NCBI GenBank assembly: GCA_964016885.1
Contig: CAXHJY010001472.1
Coordinates: forward strand, 682,001-746,000
DNA length: 64,000 nt
Reading direction: 5' to 3'
Source of the DNA: Eledone cirrhosa
Lineage: Eukaryota
The notes under the pieces are model-generated. The model had not been told where the DNA came from. It searched no databases and saw only the letters and a program-made list of their open reading frames with translations. The position numbers and the translations under genes are program-made. Shown here one piece after another: positions 13,001-27,700 of this stretch; position 1 is the stretch's first letter; each line of letters opens with the position of its first letter.

Positions 13001-16000
13001 AAAATTATCTCCCCTTGGACGGCTGGAAATTATCTCCCCTTGGCTGGAAATTATCTCCCCTTGGACGGCTAGAAATTATCTCTCTTTGGACGGCTGGAAA
13101 TTATCTCCCTTTGATTTTTTTAACAAATTATCTCCCTCTGATTTTTTTTACAAATCTCCCCCTGATTTTTTTAAAAAAATTATCTCCCCTTCGCTGGCTG
13201 GAAATTATCTCCCCTTGGACACTGGAAATTATAGCCCCCTGGAGGGCTGGAAATTATCTTCCCTTGGACGGCTGGAAATTATCTCCCCTTGATTTTTTTT
13301 ACAAATTATCTCCCCCTGATTTTTTTTTACAAATTATCTCCCCCTGATTTTTTTTACAAATTATCTCCCCCTGATTTTTTTTTACAAATTATCTCCCCCT
13401 GATATTTTTTTTACAAATTATCTCCGCCTGATTTTTTTAAAAAAATTATCTCCCCTTGGACGGCTGGAAATTATCTCCCCTTGGACGGCTGGAAATTATC
13501 TCCCCTTGGACGGCTAGAAATTACCTCTCCTTGGACGGCTGAAAATTATCTCCCCTTGGACGGCTGCAAATTATCTCCCCTTGATTTTTTTTACAAATTA
13601 TCTCCCCTTGATTTTTTTTTATAAATTATCTCCCCCTGATTTTTTTTACAAATTATCTTCCCTTGGACGGCTGGAAATTATCTCCCCTTGGAAGGATGGA
13701 AATTATCTCCCCTTGGACGGCTGGAAATTATCTCCCCTTGCACGGCTGGAAATTATCTCCCCTTGGACAGCTGGAAATTATCTGCCCTTGATTTTTTTTT
13801 ACAAATTATCTCCCCCTGATTTTTTTTTACAAATTATCTCCCCCTGATTTTTTTTTTACAAATTATCTCCGCCTGATTTTTTTTTAAAATTATCTCCCCT
13901 TGGACGGCTGGAAATTATCTCCCCTTGGACGGCTGGAAATTATCTTCCCTTGGACGGCTAGAAATTACCTCTCCTTGGACGGCTGAAAATTATCTCCCCT
14001 TGGACGGCTGCAAATTATCTCCCCTTGATTTTTTTTACAAATTATCTCCCCTTGATTTTTTTTTATATATTATCTCCCCCTGATTTTTTTTACAAATTAT
14101 CTTCCCTTGGACGGCTGGAAATTATCTCCCCTTGGAAGGATGGAAATTATCTCCCCTTGGACGGCTGGAAATTATCTCCCCTTGCACGGCTGGAAATTAT
14201 CTCCCCTTGGACAGCTGGAAATTATCTGCCCTTGATTTTTTTTTACAAATTATCTCCCCCTGATTTTTTTTTACAAATTATCTCCCCCTGATTTTTTTTT
14301 TACAAATTATCTCCGCCTGATTTTTTTTTAAAATTATCTCCCCTTGGACGGCTGAAAATTATCTCCCCTTGGACGGCTGGAAATTATCTTCCCTTGGACG
14401 GCTAGAAATTACCTCTCCTTGGACGGCTGAAAATTATCTCCCCTTGGACGGCTGGAAATTATCTCCCCTTGATTTTTTTACAAATTATCTGCCCCTGATT
14501 TTTTTTTACAAATTATCTCCCCCTGATTTTTTTTTACAAATTATCTCCCCCTGATTTTTTTTTACAAATTATCTCCCCCTGATTTTTTTTTTACAAATTA
14601 TCTCCCCCTGATTTTTTTACAAATTATCTCCCCCTGATTTTTTTTACAATCTCCGCCTGATTTTTTAAAAAATTATCTTCCCTTGGCTGGCGGGAAATTA
14701 TCTCCCCTTGGACGGCTGGAAATTATCTCCCCTTGGCTGGAAATTATCTCCCCTTGGACACTGGAAATTATAGCCCCTTGGAGGGCTGGAAATTATCTTC
14801 CCTTGGACGGCTGGAAATTATCTCCTCTTGATTTTTTTACAAATTATCTGCCCCTGATTTTTTTTTTACAAATTATCTCCCCCTGATTTTTTTTTTACAA
14901 ATTATCTACCCCTGATTTTTTTTACAAATTATCTCCCCCTGATTATTTTTTTACAAATTATCTCCCCCTGATTTTTTAAAAAATGATCTCCCCTTGGACG
15001 GCTGGAAATGATCTCCCCTTGGCTGGTTGGAAATTATCTCCCCTTGGACCGCTAGAAATTATCTCTCCTTGGACGGCTGGAAATTATTTCCCCTTGATTT
15101 TTATTACAAATCTCCCCCTAATTTAAAAAAAAATTATCTCCCCTTCGCTGGCTGGAAATTATCTCCCTTTGGACGGCTGGAAATTATAGCCCCTTGTAGG
15201 GCTGGAAATTATCTCCCCTTGGACGGCTGGAAATTATCTCCCCTTGATTTTTTTTACAAATTATCTCCCCCTGATTTTTTTAAAAATGATCTCCCCTTGG
15301 ACGGCTGGAAATGATCTCCCCTTGGCTGGTTGGAAATTATCTCCCCTTGGACCGCTAGAAATTATCTCTCCTTGGATGGCTGGAAATTATCTCCCCTTGA
15401 TTTTTTTACAAATTATCTCCCCCTGATTTTTTTTACAAATCTCCCAGTGATTTTTAAAAAAAATTTTCTCCCCTTCGCTGGCTGGAAATTATCTCCCCTT
15501 GGACGCTGGAAATTATAGCCCCTTGGAAGGCTGGAAATTATCTTCCCTTGGACGGCTGGAAATTATCTCCCCTTGATTTTTTTTTACAAATTATCTCCCC
15601 CTGATTTTTTTTTTACAAATTATCTCCCCCTGATTTTTTTTAACAAATTATCTCCGCCTGATTTTTTTAAAAAAATTATCTCCCCTTGGACGGCTGGAAA
15701 TTATCTCCCCTTGGACGGCTGGAAATTATCTCCCCTTGGACGGCTAGAAATTACCTCTCCTTGGATGGCTGAAAATTATCTCCCCTTGGACGGCTGCAAA
15801 TTATCTCCCCTTGATTTTTTTTACAAATTATCTCGCCTTGATTTTTTTTATAAATTATCTCCCCCTGATTTTTTTTACAAATTATCTTCCCTTGGACGGC
15901 TGGAAATTATCTCCCCTTGGAAGGATGGAAATTATCTCCCCTTGGACGGCTGGAAATTATCTCCCCTTGCACGGCTGGAAATTATCTCCCCTTGGACAGC

Positions 16001-19000
16001 TGGAAATTATCTGCCCTTGATTTTTTTTTACAAATTATCTCCCCCTGATTTTTTTTTACAAATTATCTCCCCCTGATTTTTTTTTTACAAATTATCTCCG
16101 CCTGATTTTTTTTTTAAATTATCTCCCCTTGGACGGCTGGAAATTATCTCCCCTTGGACGGCTGGAAATTATCTTCCCTTGGACGGCTAGAAATTACCTC
16201 TCCTTGGACGGCTGAAAATTATCTCCCCTTGGACGGCTGGAAATTATCTCCCCTTGATTTTTTTACAAATTATCTGCCCCTGATTTTTTTTTACAAATTA
16301 TCTCCCCCTGATTTTTTTTTACAAATTATCTCCCCCTGATTTTTTTTTACTAATTATCTCCCCCTGATTTTTTTTTTACAAATTATCTCCCCCTGATTTT
16401 TTTACAAATTATCTCCCCCTGATTTTTTTTACAATCTCCGCCTGATTTTTTAAAAAATTATCTTCCCTTGGCTGGCGGGAAATTATCTCCCCTTGGACGG
16501 TTGGAAATTATCTCCCCTTGGCTGGAAATTATCTCCCCTTGGACACTGGAAATTATAGCCCCTTGGAGGGCTGGAAATTATCTTCCCTTGGACGGCTGGA
16601 AATTATCTCCCCTTGATTTTTTTTTACAAATTATCTCCCCCTGATTTTTTTTTTACAAATTATCTCCCCCTGATTTTTTTTAACAAATTATCTCCGCCTG
16701 ATTTTTTTAAAAAAATTATCTCCCCTTGGACGGCTGGAAATTATCTCCCCTTGGACGGCTGGAAATTATCTCCCCTTGGACGGCTAGAAATTATCTCCCC
16801 TTGATTTTTTTTACAAATTATCTCCCCTTGATTTTTTTTTATAAATTATCTCCCCCTGATTTTTTTTACAAATTATCTTACCTTGGACGGCTGGAAATTA
16901 TCTCCCCTTGGAAGGATGGAAATTATCTCCCCTTGGACGGCTGGAAATTATCTCCCCTTGCACGGCTGGAAATTATCTCCCCTTGGACAGCTGGAAATTA
17001 TCTGCCCTTGATTTTTTTTTACAAATTATCTCCCCCTGATTTTTTTTTACAAATTATCTCCCCCTGATTTTTTTTTTACAAATTATCTCCGCCTGATTTT
17101 TTTTTAAAATTATCTCCCCTTGGACGGCTGGAAATTATCTCCCCTTGGACGGCTGGAAATTATCTTCCCTTGGACGGCTAGAAATTACCTCTCCTTGGAC
17201 GGCTGAAAATTATCTCCCCTTGGACGGCTGGAAATTATCTCCCCTTGATTTTTTTACAAATTATCTGCCCCTGATTTTTTTTTACAAATTATCTCCCCCT
17301 GATTTTTTTTTACAAATTATCTCCCCCTGATTTTTTTTTACTAATTATCTCCCCCTGATTTTTTTTTTACAAATTATCTCCCCCTGATTTTTTTACAAAT
17401 TATCTCCCCCTGATTTTTTTTACAATCTCCGCCTGATTTTTTAAAAAATTATCTTCCCTTGGCTGGCGGGAAATTATCTCCCCTTGGACGGTTGGAAATT
17501 ATCTCCCCTTGGATGGAAATTATCTCCCCTTGGACACTGGAAATTATAGCCCCTTGGAGGGCTGGAAATTATCTTCCCTTGGACGGCTGGAAATTATCTC
17601 CCCTTGATTTTTTTACAAATTATCTGCCCCTGATTTTTTTTTTACAAATTATCTCCCCCTGATTTTTTTTTACAAATTATCTACCCCTGATTTTTTTTAC
17701 AAATTATCTCCCCCTGATTTTTTTTTTACAAATTATCTCCCCCTGATTTTTTTAAAAATGATCTCCCCTTGGACGGCTGGAAATGATCTCCCCTTGGCTG
17801 GTTGGAAATTATCTCCCCTTGGACCGCTAGAAATTATCTCTCCTTGGACGGCTGGAAATTATTTCCCCTTGATTTTTTTTACAAATCTCCCCCTAATTTA
17901 AAAAAAAATTATCTCCCCTTCGCTGGCTGGAAATTATCTCCCTTTGGACGGCTGGAAATTATAGCCCCTTGTAGGGCTGGAAATTATCTCCCCTTGGACG
18001 GCTGGAAATTATCTCCCCTTGATTTTTTTTACAAATTATCTCCCCCTGATTTTTTTAAAAATGATCTCCCCTTGGACGGCTGGAAATGATCTCCCCTTGG
18101 CTGGTTGGAAATTATCTCCCCTTGGACCGCTAGAAATTATCTCTCCTTGGATGGCTGGAAATTATCTCCCCTTGATTTTTTTACAAATTATCTCCCCCTG
18201 ATTTTTTTTACAAATTATCTCCGCCTGATTTTTTTTAAAAAATTATCTCCCCTTGGACGGCTGGAAATTATCTCCCCTTGGACGGCTGGAAATTATCTCC
18301 CCTTGGACGGCTAGAAATTACCTCTCCTTGGACGGCTGAAAATTATCTCCCCTTGGACGGCTGCAAATTATCTCCCCTTGATTTTTTTTACAAATTATCT
18401 CCCCTTGATTTTTTTTTACAAATTATCTCCCCCTGATTTTTTTTACAAATTATCTTTCCTTGGACGGCTGGAAATTATCTCCGCTTGGAAGGATGGAAAT
18501 TATCTCCCCTTGGACGGCTGGAAATTATCTCCCCTTGCACGGCTGGAAATTATCTCCCCTTGGACAGCTGGAAATTATCTGCCCTTGATTTTGTTTTTAC
18601 AAATTATCTCCCCCTGATTTTTTTTACAAATTATCTCCACCTGATTTTTTTAAAAATTATCTCCCCTTGGACGGCTGGAAATTATCTCCCCTTGGCTGGA
18701 AATTATCTCCCCTTGGACGGCTAGAAATTATCTCTCTTTGGACGGCTGGAAATTATCTCCCTTTGATTTTTTAACAAATTATCTCCCTCTGATTTTTTTT
18801 ACAAATCTCCCCCTGATTTTTTTACAAATTATCTCCCCCTGATTTTTTTTACAATCTCCGCCTGATTTTTTAAAAAATTATCTTCCCTTGGCTGGCGGGA
18901 AATTATCTCCCCTTGGACGGCTGGAAATTTTCTCCCCTTGGCTGGAAATTATCTCCCCTTGGACACTGGAAATTATAGCCCCTTGGAGGGCTGGAAATTA

Positions 19001-19111
19001 TCTTCCCTTGGACGGCTGGAAATTATCTCCCCTTGATTTTTTTACAAATTATCTGCCCCTGATTTTTTTTTACAAATTATCTCCCCCTGATTTTTTTTTA
19101 CAAATTATCTA
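10038..19111 (+). repeat. ~9-kb block, copy 2, lacking a ~1-kb segment present in copy 1; collinearity continues at +9,074 to about 22,700
   Basis: The offset to copy 1 changes from 10,037 to 10,065, then 9,053, then 9,074 (6661/16726, 8092/17145, 9814/18888). Pairs 10156/19230 and 13015/22089 are 9,074 apart. Confidence 0.85.
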
Positions 19112-22100
19112 CCCCTGATTTTTTTTACAAATTATCTACCCCTGATTTTTTTTTTACAAATTATCTCCCCCTGATTTTTTTAAAAATGATCTCCCCTTGG
19201 ACGGCTGGAAATGATCTCCCCTTGGCTGGTTGGAAATTATCTCCCCTTGGACCGCTAGAAATTATCTCTCCTTGGACGGCTGGAAATTATTTCCCCTTGA
19301 TTTTTTTTACAAATCTCCCCCTAATTTAAAAAAAAATTATCTCCCCTTCGCTGGCTGGAAATTATCTCCCTTTGGACGGCTGGAAATTATAGCCCCTTGT
19401 AGGGCTGGAAATTATCTCCCCTTGGACGGCTGGAAATTATCTCCCCTTGATTTTTTTTACAAAATATCTCCCCCTGATTTTTTTAAAAATGATCTCCCCT
19501 TGGACGGCTGGAAATGATCTCCCCTTGGCTGGTTGGAAATTATCTCCCCTTGGACCGCTAGAAATTATCTCTCCTTGGATGGCTGGAAATTATCTCCCCT
19601 TGATTTTTCTACAAATTATCTCCCCCTGATTTTTTTTACAAATCTCCCAGTGATTTTTAAAAAAAATTTTCTCCCCTTCGCTGGCTGGAAATTATCTCCC
19701 CTTGGACGCTGGAAATTATAGCCCCTTGGAAGGCTGGAAATTATCTTCCCATGGACGGCTGGAAATTATCTCCCCTTGATTTTTTTTTACAAATTATCTC
19801 CCCCTGATTTTTTTTTTACAAATTATCTCCCCCTGATTTTTTTTAACAAATTATTTCCGCCTGATTTTTTTAAAAAAATTATCTCCCCTTGGACGGCTGG
19901 AAATTATCTCCCCTTGGACGGCTGGAAATTATCTCCCCTTGGACGGCTAGAAATTACCTCTCCTTGGACGGCTGAAAATTATCTCCCCTTGGACGGCTGC
20001 AAATTATCTCCCCTTGATTTTTTTTACAAATTATCTCCCCTTGATTTTTTTTTATAAATTATCTCCCCCTGATTTTTTTTACAAATTATCTTCCCTTGGA
20101 CGGCTGGAAATTATCTCCCCTTGGAAGGATGGAAATTATCTCCCCTTGGACGGCTGGAAATTATCTCCCCTTGCACGGCTGGAAATTATCTCCCCTTGGA
20201 CAGCTGGAAATTATCTGCCCTTGATTTTTTTTTACAAATTATCTCCCCCTGATTTTTTTTTACAAATTATCTCCCCCTGATTTTTTTTTTACAAATTATC
20301 TCCGCCTGATTTTTTTTTAAAATTATCTCCCCTTGGACGGCTGAAAATTATCTCCCCTTGGACGGCTGGAAATTATCTTCCCTTGGACGGCTAGAAATTA
20401 CCTCTCCTTGGACGGCTGAAAATTATCTCCCCTTGGACGGCTGGAAATTATCTCCCCTTGATTTTTTTACAAATTATCTGCCCCTGATTTTATTTTACAA
20501 ATTATCTCCCCCTGATTTTTTTTTACAAATTATCTCCCCCTGATTTTTTTTTACAAATTATCTCCCCCTGATTTTTTTTTTACAAATTATCTCCCCCTGA
20601 TTTTTTTACAAATTATCTCCCCCTGATTTTTTTTACAATCTCCGCCTGATTTTTTAAAAAATTATCTTCCCTTGGCTGGCGGGAAATTATCTCCCCTTGG
20701 ACGGCTGGAAATTATCTCCCCTTGGCTGGAAATTATCTCCCCTTGGACACTGGAAATTATAGCCCCTTGGAGGGCTGGAAATTATCTTCCCTTGGACGGC
20801 TGGAAATTATCTCCCCTTGATTTTTTTACAAATTATCTGCCCCTGATTTTTTTTTTACAAATTATCTCCCCATGATTTTTTTTTTACAAATTATCTACCC
20901 CTGATTTTTTTTACAAATTATCTCCCCCTGATTTTTTTTTTACAAATTATCTCCCCCTGATTTTTTTAAAAATGATCTCCCCTTGGACGGCTGGAAATGA
21001 TCTCCCCTTGGCTGGTTGGAAATTATCTCCCCTTGGACCGCTAGAAATTATCTCTCCTTGGACGGCTGGAAATTATTTCCCCTTGATTTTTATTACAAAT
21101 CTCCCCCTAATTTAAAAAAAAATTATCTCCCCTTCGCTGGCTGGAAATTATCTCCCTTTGGAAGGCTGGAAATTATAGCCCCTTGTAGGGCTGGAAATTA
21201 TCTCCCCTTGGACGGCTGGAAATTATCTCCCCTTGATTTTTTTTACAAATTATCTCCCCCTGATTTTTTTAAAAATGATCTCCCCTTGGACGGCTGGAAA
21301 TGATCTCCCCTTGGCTGGTTGGAAATTATCTCCCCTTGGACCGCTAGAAATTATCTCTCCTTGGATGGCTGGAAATTATCTCCCCTTGATTTTTTTACAA
21401 ATTATCTCCCCCTGATTTTTTTTACAAATCTCCCAGTGATTTTTAAAAAAAATTTTCTCCCCTTCGCTGGCTGGAAATTATCTCCCCTTGGACGCTGGAA
21501 ATTATAGCCCCTTGGAAGGCTGGAAATTATCTTCCCTTGGACGGCTGGAAATTATCTCCCCTTGATTTTTTTTTACAAATTATCTCCCCCTGATTTTTTT
21601 TTTACAAATTATCTCCCCCTGATTTTTTTTAACAAATTATCTCCGCCTGATTTTTTTAAAAAAATTATCTCCCCTTGGACGGCTGGAAATTATCTCCCCT
21701 TGGACGGCTGGAAATTATCTCCCCTTGGACGGCTAGAAATTACCTCTCCTTGGACGGCTGAAAATTATCTCCCCTTGGACGGCTGCAAATTATCTCCCCT
21801 TGATTTTTTTTACAAATTATCTCCCCTTGATTTTTTTTTACAAATTATCTCCCCCTGATTTTTTTTACAAATTATCTTCCCTTGGACGGCAGGAAATTAT
21901 CTCCCCTTGGAAGGATGGAAATTATCTCCCCTTGGACGGCTGGAAATTATCTCCCCTTGCACGGCTGGAAATTATCTCCCCTTGGACAGCTGGAAATTAT
22001 CTGCCCTTGATTTTGTTTTTACAAATTATCTCCCCCTGATTTTTTTTACAAATTATCTCCACCTGATTTTTTTAAAAATTATCTCCCCTTGGACGGCTGG

Positions 22101-23744
22101 AAATTATCTCCCCTTGGCTGGAAATTATCTCCCCTTGGACGGCTAGAAATTATCTCTCTTTGGACGGCTGGAAATTATCTCCCTTTGATTTTTTTAACAA
22201 ATTATCTCCCTCTGATTTTTTTTACAAATCTCCCCCTGATTTTTTTAAAAAAATTATCTCCCCTTCGCTGGCTGGAAATTATCTCCCCTTGGACACTGGA
22301 AATTATAGCCCCCTGGAGGGCTGGAAATTATCTTCCCTTGGACGGCTGGAAATTATCTCCCCTTGATTTTTTTACAAATTATCTCCCCCTGATTTTTTTT
22401 TACAAATTATCTCCCCCTGATTTTTTTTACAAATTATCTCCCCCTGATTTTTTTTTACAAATTATCTCCCCCTGATATTTTTTTTACAAATTATCTCCGC
22501 CTGATTTTTTTAAAAAAATTATCTCCCCTTGGACGGCTGGAAATTATCTCCCCTTGGACGGCTGGAAATTATCTCCCCTTGTACGGCTAGAAATTACCTC
22601 TCCTTGGACGGCTGAAAATTATCTCCCCTTGGACGGCTGCAAATTATCTCCCCTTGATTTTTTTTACAAATTATCTCCCCCTGATTTTTTTTTACAAATT
22701 ATCTCCCCCTGATTTTTTTTTTACAAATCTCCGCCTGATTTTTAAAAAAAATTATCTCCCCTTGGACGGCTGGAAATTATCTCCCCTTGGACGGCTGGAA
22801 ATTATCTTCCCTTGGACGGCTAGAAATTACCTCTCCTTGGACGGCTGAAAATTATCTCCCCTTGGACGGCTGGAAATTATCTCCCCTTGATTTTTTTACA
22901 AATTATCTGCCCCTGATTCTTTTTTTACAAATTATCTCCCCCTGATTTTTTTAAAAATGATCTCCCCTTGGACGGCTGGAAATGATCTCCCCTTGGCTGG
23001 TTGGAAATTATCTCCCCTTGGACCGCTAGAAATAATCTCTCCTTGGACGGCTGGAAATTATCTCCCCTTGATTTTTTTTACAAATCTCCCCCTAATTTAA
23101 AAAAAAATTATCTCCCCTTCGCTGGCTGGAAATTATCTCTCTTTGGACGGCTGGAAATTATAGCCCCTTGTAGGGCTGGAAATTATCTCCCCTTGGACGG
23201 CTGGAAATTATCTCCCCTTGATTTTTTTTACAAATTATCTCCCCCTGACTTTTTTAAAAATGATCTCCCCTTGGACGGCTGGAAATGATCTCCCCTTGGC
23301 TGGTTGGAAATTTTCTCCCCTTGGACCGCTAGAAATTATCTCTCCTTGGACGGCTGGAAATTATCTCCCCTTGATTTTTTTACAAATTATCTCCCCCTGA
23401 TTTTTTTTACAAATCTCCCAGTGATTTTTTAAAAAAATTATCTCCCCTTCGCTGGCTGGAAATTATCTCCCCTTGGACGCTGGAAATTATAGCCCCTTGG
23501 AGGGCTGGAAATTATCTTCCCTTGGACGGCTGGAAATTATCTCCCCTTGATTTTTTTTACAAATTATCTCCCCCTGATTTTTTTTTACAAATTATCTCCC
23601 CCTGATTTTTTTTACAAATTATCTCCCCCTGATTTTTTTTAACAAATTATCTCCCCTTGGACGGCTGGAAATTATCTCCCCTTGGACGGCTGGAAATTAT
23701 CTCCCCTTGGATGGCTAGAAATTACCTCTCCTTGGACAGCTGAA

Positions 23745-24764
23745 AATTATCTCCCCTTGGACGACTGCAAATTATCTCCCCTTGATTTTTTTTACAAATT
23801 ATCTCCCCCTGATTTTTTTTTACAAATTATCTCCCCCTGATTTTTTTTACAAAATATCTCCCCCTGATTTTTTTACAAATTATCTCCCCCTGATTTTTTT
23901 TACAATCTCCGCCTGATTTTTTTAAAAATTATCTTGCCTTGGCTGGCTGGAAATTATCTCCCCTTGGACGGCTGGAAATTATCTCCCCTTGGAAGGATGG
24001 AAATTATCTCCCCTTGGACGGCTGGAAATTATCTCCCCTTGCACGGCTGGAAATTATCTCCCCTTGGACAGCTGGAAATTATCTGCCCTTGATTTTGTTT
24101 TTACAAATTATGTTCCCCTGATTTTTTTTACAAATTATCTCCACCTGATTTTTTAAAAAATTATCTCCCCTTGGACGGCTGGAAATTATCTCCCCTTGGT
24201 TGGAAATTATCTCCCCTTGGACGTCTAGAAATTATCTCTGTTTGGAATGCTGGAAATTATCTCCCCTTGGACGACTGCAAATTATCTCCCCTTGATTTTT
24301 TTTACAAATTATCTCCCCCTGATTTTTTTTTACAAATTATCTCCCCCTGATTTTTTTTACAAAATATCTCCCCCTGATTTTTTTACAAATTATCTCCCCC
24401 TGATTTTTTTTACAATCTCCGCCTGATTTTTTTAAAAATTATCTTGCCTTGGCTGGCTGGAAATTATCTCCCCTTGGACGGCTGGAAATTATCTCCCCTT
24501 GGAAGGATGGAAATTATCTCCCCTTGGACGGCTGGAAATTATCTCCCCTTGCACGGCTGGAAATTATCTCCCCTTGGACAGCTGGAAATTATCTGCCCTT
24601 GATTTTGTTTTTACAAATTATGTTCCCCTGATTTTTTTTACAAATTATCTCCACCTGATTTTTTAAAAAATTATCTCCCCTTGGACGGCTGGAAATTATC
24701 TCCCCTTGGTTGGAAATTATCTCCCCTTGGACGGCTAGAAATTATCTCTGTTTGGACGGCTGGA
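23745..24764 (+). repeat. 510-bp tandem duplication (also at ~42873-43892 and ~62127-63146)
   Basis: ORF starts 23939/24449, 43067/43577 and 62321/62831 differ by 510. The rare markers GGACGACTGC, CTTGCCTTGG and TATGTTCCCC are each duplicated. Confidence 0.9.
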
Positions 24765-27700
24765 AATTATCTCCCTTTGATTTTTTTAACAAATTATCTC
24801 CCTCTGATTTTTTTTACAAATCTCCCCCTGATTTTTTTAAAAAAATTATCTCCCCTTCGCTGGCTGGAAATTATCTCCCCTTGGACACTGGAAATTATAG
24901 CCCCCTGGAGGGCTGGAAATTATCTTCCCTTGGACGGCTGGAAATTATCTCCCCTTGATTTTTTTTACAAATTATCTCCCCCTGATTTTTTTTTTACAAA
25001 TTATCTCCCCCTGATTTTTTTTAACAAATTATCTCCGCCTGATTTTTTTAAAAAAATTATCTCCCCTTGGACGGCTGGAAATTATCTCCCCTTGGACGGC
25101 TGGAAATTATCTCCCCTTGGACGGCTAGAAATTACCTCTCCTTGGACGGCTGAAAATTATCTCCCCTTGGACGGCTGCAAATTATCTCCCTTGGATTTTT
25201 TTTACAAATTATCTCCCCTTGATTTTTTTTTATAAATTATCTCCCCCTGATTTTTTTTACAAATTATCTTCCCTTGGACGGCTGGAAATTATCTCCCCTT
25301 GGAAGGATGGAAATTATCTCCCCTTGGACGGCTGGAATTTATCTCCCCTTGCACGGCTGGAAATTATCTCCCCTTGGACAGCTGGAAATTATCTGCCCTT
25401 GATTTTTTTTTTACAAATTATCTCCCCCTGATTTTTTTTTACAAATTATCTCCCCCTGATTTTTTTTTTACAAATTATCTCCGCCTGATTTTTTTTTAAA
25501 ATTATCTCCCCTTGGACGGCTGGAAATTATCTCCCCTTGGACGGCTGGAAATTATCTTCCCTTGGACGGCTAGAAATTACCTCTCCTTGGACGGCTGAAA
25601 ATTATCTCCCCTTGGACGGCTGGAAATTATCTCCCCTTGATTTTTTTACAAATTATCTGCCCCTGATTTTTTTTTACAAATTATCTCCCCCTGATTTTTT
25701 TTTACAAATTATCTCCCCCTGATTTTTTTTTACAAATTATCTCCCCCTGATTTTTTTTTTACAAATTATCTCCCCCTGATTTTTTTACAAATTATCTCCC
25801 CCTGATTTTTTTTACAATCTCCGCCTGATTTTTTAAAAAATTATCTTCCCTTGGCTGGCGGGAAATTATCTCCCCTTGGACGGCTGGAAATTATCTCCCC
25901 TTGGCTGGAAATTATCTCCCCTTGGACACTGGAAATTATAGCCCCTTGGAGGGCTGGAAATTATCTTCCCTTGGACGGCTGGAAATTATCTCCCCTTGAT
26001 TTTTTTACAAATTATCTGCCCCTGATTTTTTTTTTACAAATTATCTCCCCCTGATTTTTTTTTACAAATTATCTACCCCTGATTTTTTTTACAAATTATC
26101 TCCCCCTGATTTTTTTTTTACAAATTATCTCCCCCTGATTTTTTTAAAAATGATCTCCCCTTGGACGGCTGGAAATGATCTCCCCTTGGCTGGTTGGAAA
26201 TTATCTCCCCTTGGACCGCTAGAAATTATCTCTCCTTGGACGGCTGGAAATTATTTCCCCTTGATTTTTATTACAAATCTCCCCCTAATTTAAAAAAAAA
26301 TTATCTCCCCTTCGCTGGCTGGAAATTATCTCCCTTTGGACGGCTGGAAATTATAGCCCCTTGTAGGGCTGGAAATTATCTCCCCTTGGACGGCTGGAAA
26401 TTATCTCCCCTTGATTTTTTTTACAAATTATCTCCCCCTGATTTTTTAAAAAATGATCTCCCCTTGGACGGCTGGAAATGATCTCCCCTTGGCTGCTTGG
26501 AAATTATCTCCCCTTGGACCGCTAGAAATTATCTCTCCTTGGATGGCTGGAAATTATCTCCCCTTGATTTTTTTACAAATTATCTCCCCCTGATTTTTTT
26601 TACAAATCTCCCAGTGATTTTTAAAAAAAATTTTCTCCCCTTCGCTGGCTGGAAATTATCTCCCCTTGGACGCTGGAAATTATAGCCCCTTGGAAGGCTG
26701 GAAATTATCTTCCCTTGGACGGCTGGAAATTATCTCCCCTTGATTTTTTTTTACAAATTATCTCCCCCTGATTTTTTTTTTTACAAATTATCTCCCCCTG
26801 ATTTTTTTTAACAAATTATCTCCGCCTGATTTTTTTAAAAAAATTATCTCCCCTTGGACGGCTGGAAATTATCTCCCCTTGGACGGCTGGAAATTATCTC
26901 CCCTTGGACGGCTAGAAATTACCTCTCCTTGGACGGCTGAAAATTATCTCCCCTTGGACGGCTGCAAATTATCTCCCCTTGATTTTTTTTACAAATTATC
27001 TCCCCTTGATTTTTTTTTACAAATTATCTCCCCCTGATTTTTTTTACAAATTATCTTCCCTTGGACGGCTGGAAATTATCTCCCCTTGGCTGGAAATTAT
27101 CTCCCCTTGGACGGCTAGAAATTATCTCTCTTTGGACGGCTGGAAATTATCTCCCTTTGATTTTTTTAACAAATTATCTCCCTCTGATTTTTTTTACAAA
27201 TCTCCCCCTGATTTTTTTAAAAAAATTATCTCCCCTTCGCTGGCTGGAAATTATCTCCCCTTGGACACTGGAAATTATAGCCCCCTGGAGGGCTGGAAAT
27301 TATCTTCCCTTGGACGGCTGGAAATTATCTCCCCTTGATTTTTTTTACAAATTATCTCCCCCTGATTTTTTTTTACAAATTATCTCCCCCTGATTTTTTT
27401 TACAAATTATCTCCCCCTGATTTTTTTTTACAAATTATCTCCCCCTGATATTTTTTTTAGAAATTATCTCCGCCTGATTTTTTTTTAAAAATTATCTCCC
27501 CTTGGACGGCTGGAAATTATCTCCCCTTGGACGGCTGGAAATTATCTCCCCTTGAACGGCTAGAAATTACCTCTCCTTGGACGGCTGAAAATTATCTCCC
27601 CTTGGACGGCTGCAAATTATCTCCCCTTGATTTTTTTTACAAATTATCTCCCCCTGATTTTTTTTTTACAAATTATCTCCCCCTGATTTTTTTTTTACAA

